A DNA stretch of 64,000 bases from Auanema rhodensis (lineage: Eukaryota; Animalia; Nematoda): positions 15,066,001 to 15,130,000 of the forward strand of contig OZ059900.1 in assembly GCA_964057225.1 (NCBI GenBank), read 5' to 3'. Position numbers and translations under genes: made by a program. Every line of letters begins with the position of its first letter. The stretch's first letter is position 1. Positions 27,601 to 38,200 of this stretch are shown piece after piece. Below the pieces are notes generated by a model. The model saw only the letters and a program-made list of their open reading frames with translations, searched no databases and was not told the DNA's origin.

Positions 27601-30600
27601 CGGGTCTCGCATGTGACAGACGCGGATACTCACCACTATACTACCGAGGATTGAATTTGCACTTAGAAACTTTCATTAAGAGTGTGAGTTTGAATTATAG
27701 TAGAAAAATGAAACACTGTCTCTAACATATCTTGATTTATGGCCTACTTTACTCAAAGAGCTAATGGAAGTTTGGTGTTAGAATGAACAATTGATTAACG
27801 CTGACGTTTCAATTTTTTTCATCGTACTTGAGATAGAACATTTAAATTAAATGAAAATGTTTAAAAATTTAGAAAAAATCACAAGCTCAAATCACTTTTG
27901 AAAAAACAGAAAGTTTAAAACAACTTTTTTTCTAATAATTATCTTTTTTATCCGACTTTTGTAAAAAAACAAAAATAGCATAACATTCAATAACGATGAA
28001 TCAGAACAAAAACATTCTCCCCGGCCGGGAATTGAACCCGGGTCTCGCATGTGACAGACGCGGATACTCACCACTATACTACCGAGGATTGAATTTGCAC
28101 TTAGAAACTTTCTTTAAGAGTGTGAGTTTGAATTATAGTAGAAAAATGAAACACTGTCTCTAACATATCTTGATTTATGGCCTACTTTACTCAAAGAGCT
28201 AATTGAAGTTTGGTGTTAAAATGAACAATTGATTAACGCTGACGTTTCAATTTTTTTCATCGTACTTGAGATAGAACATTTAAATTAAATGGAAGTGTTT
28301 AAAAATTTAGAAAAAATCACAAGCTCAAATCACTTTTGAAAAAACAGAAAGTTTAAAACAACCTTTTTTCTAATAATTATCTTTTTAATTCGACTTTTGG
28401 AAGAAAACAAAAATAGCATAACATTCAATAACGATGAATCAGAACAAAAACATTCTCCCCGGCCGGGAATTGAACCCGGGTCTCGCATGTGACAGACGCG
28501 GATACTCACCACTATACTACCGAGGATTGAATTTGCACTTAGAAACTTTCACTAAGAGTGTGAGTTTGAATTATAGTAGAAAAATGAAACACTGTCTCTA
28601 ACATATCTTGATTTATGGCCTACTTTACTCAAAGAGCTAATTGAAGTTTGGTGTTAAAATGAACAATTGATTAACGCTGACGTTTCAATTTTTTTCATCG
28701 TAATTGAGATAGAACATTTAAATTAAATGGAAATGTTTAAAAATTTAGAAAAAATCACAAGCTCAAATCACTTTTGAAAAAACAGAAAGTTTAAAACAAC
28801 CTTTTTTCTAATAATTATCTTTTTAATTCGACTTTTGGAAGAAAACAAAAATAGCATAACATTCAATAACGATGAATCAGAACAAAAACATTCTCCCCGG
28901 CCGGGAATTGAACCCGGGTCTCGCATGTGACAGACGCGGATACTCACCACTATACTACCGAGGATTGAATTTGCACTTAGAAACTTTCACTAAGAGTGTG
29001 AGTTTGAATTATAGTAGAAAAATGAAACACTGTCTCTAACATATCTTGATTTATGGCCTACTTTACTCAAAGAGCTAATTGAAGTTTGGTGTTAAAATGA
29101 ACAATTGATTAACGCTGACGTTTCAATTTTTTTCATCGTAATTGAGATAGAACATTTAAATTAAATGGAAATGTTTAAAAATTTAGAAAAAATCACAAGC
29201 TCAAATCACTTTTGAAAAAACAGAAAGTTTAAAACAACCTTTTTTCTAATAATTATCTTTTTAATTCGACTTTTGGAAGAAAACAAAAATAGCATAACAT
29301 TCAATAACGATGAATCAGAACAAAAACATTCTCCCCGGCCGGGAATTGAACCCGGGTCTCGCATGTGACAGACGCGGATACTCACCACTATACTACCGAG
29401 GATTGAATTTGCACTTAGAAACTTTCATTAAGAGTGTGAGTTTGAATTATAGTAGAAAAATGAAACACTGTCTCTAACATATCTTGATTTATGGCCTACT
29501 TTACTCAAAGAGCTAATTGAAGTTTGGTGTTAGAATGAACAATTGATTAACGCTGACGTTTCAATTTTTTTCATCGTAATTGAGATAGAACATTCAAATT
29601 AAATAGAAATGTTTAAAAATTTAGAAAAAATCACAAGCTCAAATCACTTTTGAAAAAACAGAAAGTTTAAAACAACCTTTTTTCTAATAATTATCTTTTT
29701 TATCCGACTTTTGTAAAAAAACAAAAATAGCATAACATTCAATAACGATGAATCAGAACAAAAACATTCTCCCCGGCCGGGAATTGAACCCGGGTCTCGC
29801 ATGTGACAGACGCGGATACTCACCACTATACTACCGAGGATTGAATTTGCACTTAGAAACTTTCATTAAGAGTGTGAGTTTGAATTATAGTAGAAAAATG
29901 AAACACTGTCTCTAACATATCTTGATTTATGGCCTACTTTACTCAAAGAGCTAATTGAAGTTTGGTGTTAAAATGAACAATTGATTAACGCTGACGTTTC
30001 AATTTTTTTCATCGTAATTGAGATAGAACATTTAAATTAAATGGAAGTGTTTAAAAATTTAGAAAAAATCACAAGCTCAAATCACTTTTGAAAAAACAGA
30101 AAGTTTAAAACAACCTTTTTTCTAATAATTATCTTTTTAATTCGACTTTTGGAAGAAAACAAAAATAGCATAACATTCAATAACGATGAATCAGAACAAA
30201 AACATTCTCCCCGGCCGGGAATTGAACCCGGGTCTCGCATGTGACAGACGCGGATACTCACCACTATACTACCGAGGATTGAATTTGCACTTAGAAACTT
30301 TCACTAAGAGTGTGAGTTTGAATTATAGTAGAAAAATGAAACACTGTCTCTAACATATCTTGATTTATGGCCTACTTTACTCAAAGAGCTAATTGAAGTT
30401 TGGTGTTAGAATGAACAATTGATTAACGCTGACGTTTCAATTTTTTTCATCGTAATTGAGATAGAACATTTAAATTAAATGGAAATGTTTAACGACTTAG
30501 AAAAAAAACACAAGCTCAAATCACTTTTGAAAAAACAGAAAGTTTAAAACAACCTTTTTTCTAATAATTATCTTTTTTATCCGACTTTTGGAAGAAAACA

Positions 30601-33600
30601 AAAATAGCATAACATTCAATAACGATGAATCAGAACAAAAACATTCTCCCCGGCCGGGAATTGAACCCGGGTCTCGCATGTGACAGACGCGGATACTCAC
30701 CACTATACTACCGAGGATTGAATTTGCACTTAGAAACTTTCATTAAGAGTGTGAGTTTGAATTATAGTAGAAAAATGAAACACTGTCTCTAACATATCTT
30801 GATTTATGGCCTACTTTACTCAAAGAGCTAATGGAAGTTTGGTGTTAGAATGAACAATTGATTAACGCTGACGTTTCAATTTTTTTCATCGTACTTGAGA
30901 TAGAACATTTAAATTAAATGAAAATGTTTAAAAATTTAGAAAAAATCACAAGCTCAAATCACTTTTGAAAAAACAGAAAGTTTAAAACAACTTTTTTTCT
31001 AATAATTATCTTTTTTATCCGACTTTTGTAAAAAAACAAAAATAGCATAACATTCAATAACGATGAATCAGAACAAAAACATTCTCCCCGGCCGGGAATT
31101 GAACCCGGGTCTCGCATGTGACAGACGCGGATACTCACCACTATACTACCGAGGATTGAATTTGCACTTAGAAACTTTCTTTAAGAGTGTGAGTTTGAAT
31201 TATAGTAGAAAAATGAAACACTGTCTCTAACATATCTTGATTTATGGCCTACTTTACTCAAAGAGCTAATTGAAGTTTGGTGTTAAAATGAACAATTGAT
31301 TAACGCTGACGTTTCAATTTTTTTCATCGTAATTGAGATAGAACATTTAAATTAAATGGAAATGTTTAAAAATTTAGAAAAAATCACAAGCTCAAATCAC
31401 TTTTGAAAAAACAGAAAGTTGAAAACAACCTTTTTTCTAATAATTATCTTTTTAATTCGACTTTTGGAAGAAAACAAAAATAGCATAACATTCAATAACG
31501 ATGAATCAGAACAAAAACATTCTCCCCGGCCGGGAATTGAACCCGGGTCTCGCATGTGACAGACGCGGATACTCACCACTATACTACCGAGGATTGAATT
31601 TGCACTTAGAAACTTTCATTAAGAGTGTGAGTTTGAATTATAGTAGAAAAATGAAACACTGTCTCTAACATATCTTGATTTATGGCCTACTTTACTCAAA
31701 GAGCTAATGGAAGTTTGGTGTTAGAATGAACAATTGATTAACGCTGACGTTTCAATTTTTTTCATCGTACTTGAGATAGAACATTTAAATTAAATGGAAA
31801 TGTTTAAAAATTTAGAAAAAATCACAAGCTCAAATCACTTTTGAAAAAACAGAAAGTTTAAAACAACTTTTTTTCTAATAATTATCTTTTTTATCCGACT
31901 TTTGTAAAAAAACAAAAATAGCATAACATTCAATAACGATGAATCAGAACAAAAACATTCTCCCCGGCCGGGAATTGAACCCGGGTCTCGCATGTGACAG
32001 ACGCGGATACTCACCACTATACTACCGAGGATTGAATTTGCACTTAGAAACTTTCATTAAGAGTGTGAGTTTGAATTATAGTAGAAAAATGAAACACTGT
32101 GTCTAACATATCTTGATTTATGGCCTACTTTACTCAAAGAGCTAATTGAAGTTTGGTGTTAGAATGAACAATTGATTAACGCTGACGTTTCAATTTTTTT
32201 CATCGTAATTGAGATAGAACATTTAAATTAAATGGAAATGTTTAAAAATTTAGAAAAAATCACAAGCTCAAATCACTTTTGAAAAAACAGAAAGTTTAAA
32301 ACAACCTTTTTTCTAATACTTATCTTTTTTATCCGACTTTTGTAAAAAAACAAAAATAGCATAACATTCAATAACGATGAATCAGAACAAAAACATTCTC
32401 CCCGGCCGGGAATTGAACCCGGGTCTCGCATGTGACAGACGCGGATACTCACCACTATACTACCGAGGATTGAATTTGCACTTAGAAACTTTCATTAAGA
32501 GTGTGAGTTTGAATTATAGTAGAAAAATGAAACACTGTCTCTAACATATCTTGATTTATGGCCTACTTTACTCAAAGAGCTAATTGAAGTTTGGTGTTAA
32601 AATGAACAATTGATTAACGCTGACGTTTCAATTTTTTTCATCGTAATTGAGATAGAACATTTAAATTAAATGGAAGTGTTTAAAAATTTAGAAAAAATCA
32701 CAAGCTCAAATCACTTTTGAAAAAACAGAAAGTTTAAAACAACCTTTTTTCTAATAATTATCTTTTTAATTCGACTTTTGGAAGAAAACAAAAATAGCAT
32801 AACATTCAATAACGATGAATCAGAACAAAAACATTCTCCCCGGCCGGGAATTGAACCCGGGTCTCGCATGTGACAGACGCGGATACTCACCACTATACTA
32901 CCGAGGATTGAATTTGCACTTAGAAACTTTCACTAAGAGTGTGAGTTTGAATTATAGTAGAAAAATGAAACACTGTCTCTAACATATCTTGATTTATGGC
33001 CTACTTTACTCAAAGAGCTAATTGAAGTTTGGTGTTAGAATGAACAATTGATTAACGCTGACGTTTCAATTTTTTTCATCGTAATTGAGATAGAACATTT
33101 AAATTAAATGGAAATGTTTAAAAATTTAGAAAAAATCACAAGCTCAAATCACTTTTGAAAAAACAGAAAGTTTAAAACAACCTTTTTTCTAATACTTATC
33201 TTTTTTATCCGACTTTTGTAAAAAAACAAAAATAGCATAACATTCAATAACGATGAATCAGAACAAAAACATTCTCCCCGGCCGGGAATTGAACCCGGGT
33301 CTCGCATGTGACAGACGCGGATACTCACCACTATACTACCGAGGATTGAATTTGCACTTAGAAACTTTCATTAAGAGTGTGAGTTTGAATTATAGTAGAA
33401 AAATGAAACACTGTCTCTAACATATCTTGATTTATGGCCTACTTTACTCAAAGAGCTAATTGAAGTTTGGTGTTAAAATGAACAATTGATTAACGCTGAC
33501 GTTTCAATTTTTTTCATCGTAATTGAGATAGAACATTTAAATTAAATGGAAGTGTTTAAAAATTTAGAAAAAATCACAAGCTCAAATCACTTTTGAAAAA

Positions 33601-34588
33601 ACAGAAAGTTTAAAACAACCTTTTTTCTAATAATTATCTTTTTAATTCGACTTTTGGAAGAAAACAAAAATAGCATAACATTCAATAACGATGAATCAGA
33701 ACAAAAACATTCTCCCCGGCCGGGAATTGAACCCGGGTCTCGCATGTGACAGACGCGGATACTCACCACTATACTACCGAGGATTGAATTTGCACTTAGA
33801 AACTTTCACTAAGAGTGTGAGTTTGAATTATAGTAGAAAAATGAAACACTGTCTCTAACATATCTTGATTTATGGCCTACTTTACTCAAAGAGCTAATTG
33901 AAGTTTGGTGTTAGAATGAACAATTGATTAACGCTGACGTTTCAATTTTTTTCATCGTAATTGAGATAGAACATTTAAATTAAATGGAAATGTTTAACGA
34001 CTTAGAAAAAAAACACAAGCTCAAATCACTTTTGAAAAAACAGAAAGTTTAAAACAACCTTTTTTCTAATAATTATCTTTTTTATCCGACTTTTGGAAGA
34101 AAACAAAAATAGCATAACATTCAATAACGATGAATCAGAACAAAAACATTCTCCCCGGCCGGGAATTGAACCCGGGTCTCGCATGTGACAGACGCGGATA
34201 CTCACCACTATACTACCGAGGATTGAATTTGCACTTAGAAACTTTCATTAAGAGTGTGAGTTTGAATTATAGTAGAAAAATGAAACACTGTCTCTAACAT
34301 ATCTTGATTTATGGCCTACTTTACTCAAAGAGCTAATTGAAGTTTGGTGTTAGAATGAACAATTGATTAACGCTGACGTTTCAATTTTTTTCATCGTAAT
34401 TGAGATAGAACATTCAAATTAAATAGAAATGTTTAAAAATTTAGAAAAAATCACAAGCTCAAATCACTTTTGAAAAAACAGAAAGTTTAAAACAACCTTT
34501 TTTCTAATAATTATCTTTTTTATCCGACTTTTGTAAAAAAACAAAAATAGCATAACATTCAATAACGATGAATCAGAACAAAAACATT

Positions 34589-34660
34589 CTCCCCGGCCGG
34601 GTATTGAACCCGGGTCTCGCATGTGACAGACGCGGATACTCACCACTATACTACCGAGGA
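34589..34660 (-). tRNA. tRNA-Asp-GTC: tRNA-Asp(GUC), variant U60A (T loop / B box)
   Basis: Plus strand gtattgaacc instead of gaattgaacc, change at 34602. Confidence 0.9.
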
Positions 34661-35026
34661 TTGAATTTGCACTTAGAAACTTTCATTAAGAGTGTGAGTT
34701 TGAATTATAGTAGAAAAATGAAACACTGTCTCTAACATATCTTGATTTATGGCCTACTTTACTCAAAGAGCTAATTGAAGTTTGGTGTTAGAATGAACAA
34801 TTGATTAACGCTGACGTTTCAATTTTTTTCATCGTAATTGAGATAGAACATTCAAATTAAATAGAAATGTTTAAAAATTTAGAAAAAATCACAAGCTCAA
34901 ATCACTTTTGAAAAAACAGAAAGTTTAAAACAACCTTTTTTCTAATAATTATCTTTTTTATCCGACTTTTGTAAAAAAACAAAAATAGCATAACATTCAA
35001 TAACGATGAATCAGAACAAAAACATT

Positions 35027-35098
35027 CTCCCCGGCCGGGAATTGAACCCGGGTCTCGCATGTGACAGACGCGGATACTCACCACTATACTACCGAGGA
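35027..35098 (-). tRNA. tRNA-Asp-GTC: tRNA-Asp(GUC), last copy before the satellite; consensus sequence
   Basis: Identical to the consensus and retains 103 bp of normal 5' flank before the junction. Confidence 0.97.
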
Positions 35099-35201
35099 TT
35101 GAATTTGCACTTAGAAACTTTCATTAAGAGTGTGAGTTTGAATTATAGTAGAAAAATGAAACACTGTCTCTAACATATCTTGATTTATGGCCTACTTTAC
35201 T

Positions 35202-35205
35202 ACTA
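35202..35205. other. 4-nt filler (ACTA) at the tRNA-array/satellite junction
   Basis: The tRNA unit matches up to ...cctactttact (35201; normally followed by caaag). The satellite matches from aaatactgtg (35206; normally preceded by ggg). Confidence 0.85.
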
Positions 35206-38200
35206 AAATACTGTGTTTTTGTATTTTTCTAGTGTTCAGCATGTAAAATGCTTCATTTTAGTATGTAACACGCTGAAATTCGTTGCATTTGACGACTCAT
35301 ATGAACAAAAATCGATTTAATCAATATTAGCCATAAGGGGCGTGCCCTCAGAATATGCTAATTTCCTTAATTTTCTAACCCCTGTTTTTTGTCGTGAAAG
35401 TGGAACTAGACGTTGTACGAACAATTTTGAGCTAGGTTTCATTGACATTGCATGAGTTTGAACACATGAAATCGTAAGTCAAAACCTTGTTTACAGCGAA
35501 ATTTCTAAAAACTGGTTTTCCAGCATAATAAAATATTTCTCATGGGAAATACTGTGTTTTTGTATTTTTCTAGTGTTCAGCATGTAAAATGCTTCATTTT
35601 AGTATGTAACACGCTGAAATTCGTTGCATTTGACGACTCATATGAACAAAAATCGATTTAATCAATATTAGCCATAAGGGGCGTGCCCTCAGAATATGCT
35701 AATTTCCTTAATTTTCTAACCCCTGTTTTTTTGTCGTGAAAGTGGGACTAGACGTTGTACAAACAATTTTGAGCTAGGTTTCATTGACATTGCATGAGTT
35801 TGAACACATGAAATCGTAAGTCAAAACCTTGTTTACAGCGAAATTTCCAAAAACTGGTTTTCCAGCATAATAAAATATTTCTCATGGGAAATACTGTGTT
35901 TTTGTATTTTTCTAGTGTTCAGCATGTAAAATGCTTCATTTTAGTATGTAACACGCTGAAATTCGTTGCATTTGACGACTCATATGAACAAAAATCGATT
36001 TAATCAATATTAGCCATAAGGGGCGTGCCCTCAGAATATGCTAATTTCCTTAATTTTCTAACCCCTGTTTTTTTGTCGTGAAAGTGGGACTAGACGTTGT
36101 ACAAACAATTTTGAGCTAGGTTTCATTGACATTGCATGAGTTTGAACACATGAAATCGTAAGTCAAAACCTTGTTTACAGCGAAATTTCCAAAAACTGGT
36201 TTTCCAGCATAATAAAATATTTCTCATGGGAAATACTGTGTTTTTGTATTTTTCTAGTGTTCAGCATGTAAAATGCTTCATTTTAGTATGTAACACGCTG
36301 AAATTCGTTGCATTTGACGACTCATATGAACAAAAATCGATTTAATCAATATTAGCCATAAGGGGCGTGCCCTCAGAATATGCTAATTCCCTTAATTTTC
36401 TAACCCCTGTTTTTTTGTCGTGAAAGTGGAACTAGACGTTGTACGAACAATTTTGAGCTAGGTTTCATTGACATTGCATGAGTTTGAACACATGAAATCG
36501 TAAGTCAAAACCTTGTTTACAGCGAAATTTCCAAAAACTGGTTTTCCAGCATAATAAAATATTTCTCATGGGAAATACTGTGTTTTTGTATTTTTCTAGT
36601 GTTCAGCATGTAAAATGCTTCATTTTAGTATGTAACACGCTGAAATTCGTTGCATTTGACGACTCATATGAACAAAAATCGATTTAATCAATATTAGCCA
36701 TAAGGGGCGTGCCCTCAGAATATGCTAATTCCCTTAATTTTCTAACCCCTGTTTTTTCGTCGTGAAAGTGGAACTAGACGTTGTACAATCAATTTTGAGC
36801 TAGGTTTCATTGACATTGCATGAGTTTGAACACATGAAATCGTAAGTCAAAACCTTGTTTACAGCGAAATTTCCAAAAACTGGTTTTCCAACATATTAAA
36901 ATATTTCTCATGGGAAATACTGTGTTTTTGTATTTTTCTAGTGTTCAGCATGTAAAATGCTTCATTTTAGTATGTAACACGCTGAAATTCGTTGCATTTG
37001 ACGACTCATATGAACAAAAATCGATTTAATCAATATTAGCCATAAGGGGCGTGCCCTCAGAATATGCTAATTTCCTTAATTTTCTAACCCCTGTTTTTTG
37101 TCGTGAAAGTGGAACTAGACGTTGTACGAACAATTTTGAGCTAGGTTTCATTGACATTGCATGAGTTTGAACACATGAAATCGTAAGTCAAAACCTTGTT
37201 TACAGCGAAATTTCTAAAAACTGGTTTTCCAGCATAATAAAATATTTCTCATGGGAAATACTGTGTTTTTGTATTTTTCTAGTGTTCAGCATGTAAAATG
37301 CTTCATTTTAGTATGTAACACGCTGAAATTCGTTGCATTTGACGACTCATATGAACAAAAATCGATTTAATCAATATTAGCCATAAGGGGCGTGCCCTCA
37401 GAATATGCTAATTTCCTTAATTTTCTAACCCCTGTTTTTTTGTCGTGAAAGTGGAACTAGACGTTGTACGAACAATTTTGAGCTAGGTTTCATTGACATT
37501 GCATGAGTTTGAACACATGAAATCGTAAGTCAAAACCTTGTTTACAGCGAAATTTCCAAAAACTGGTTTTCCAACATATTAAAATATTTCTCATGGGAAA
37601 TACTGTGTTTTTGTATTTTTCTAGTGTTCAGCATGTAAAATGCTTCATTTTAGTATGTAACACGCTGAAATTCGTTGCATTTGACGACTCATATGAACAA
37701 AAATCGATTTAATCAATATTAGCCATAAGGGGCGTGCCCTCAGAATATGCTAATTCCCTTAATTTTCTAACCCCTGTTTTTTTGTCGTGAAAGTGGGACT
37801 AGACGTTGTACGAACAATTTTGAGCTAGGTTTCATTGACATTGCATGAGTTTGAACACATGAAATCGTAAGTCAAAACCTTGTTTACAGCGAAATTTCCA
37901 AAAACTGGTTTTCCAGCATAATAAAATATTTCTCATGGGAAATACTGTGTTTTTGTATTTTTCTAGTGTTTAGCATGTAAAATGCTTCATTTTAGTATGT
38001 AACACGCTGAAATTCGTTGCATTTGACGACTCATATGAACAAAAATCGATTTAATCAATATTAGCCATAAGGGGCGTGCCCTCAGAATATGCTAATTTCC
38101 TTAATTTTCTAACCCCTGTTTTTTTGTCGTGAAAGTGGAACTAGACGTTGTACGAACAATTTTGAGCTAGGTTTCATTGACATTGCATGAGTTTGAACAC

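Larger units (their letters stand above)
1..35201 (-). repeat. Tandem array of tRNA-Asp(GUC) genes, 438/439-bp unit, 80 tRNA copies in the window (array truncated by the left edge)
   Basis: The repeated ORF-track entries are spaced 438 or 439 bp apart, and each tRNA lies at +125..+196 from the ORF's low coordinate. Count: 55 unit positions from 417 to 24082 (including the unit near 23207 whose ORF is frameshifted), 24 from 24825 to 34902, plus the first gene at 104-175, giving 80. Units differ only by scattered SNPs and 1-bp indels. Confidence 0.98.

Noticed and set aside
417-35084. Repeated 60-aa minus-strand ORFs (MVSIRVCHMRDPGSIPGRGE...)
   Set aside because: They begin at a GTG inside the tRNA D loop and simply translate the tRNA plus its T-rich trailer. 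One unit (~23207) is frameshifted, and the Pol III terminator lies within the ORF.
35423-35462. Spliced-leader or Sm-RNA gene in the satellite (GGTTTCATT...AGTTTGA resembles SL1; AATTTTGA resembles an Sm site)
   Set aside because: The spacing does not fit the 22-nt SL1, no GT donor follows, and the Sm-like word lies upstream of the leader-like word rather than downstream. An Infernal search would settle it.
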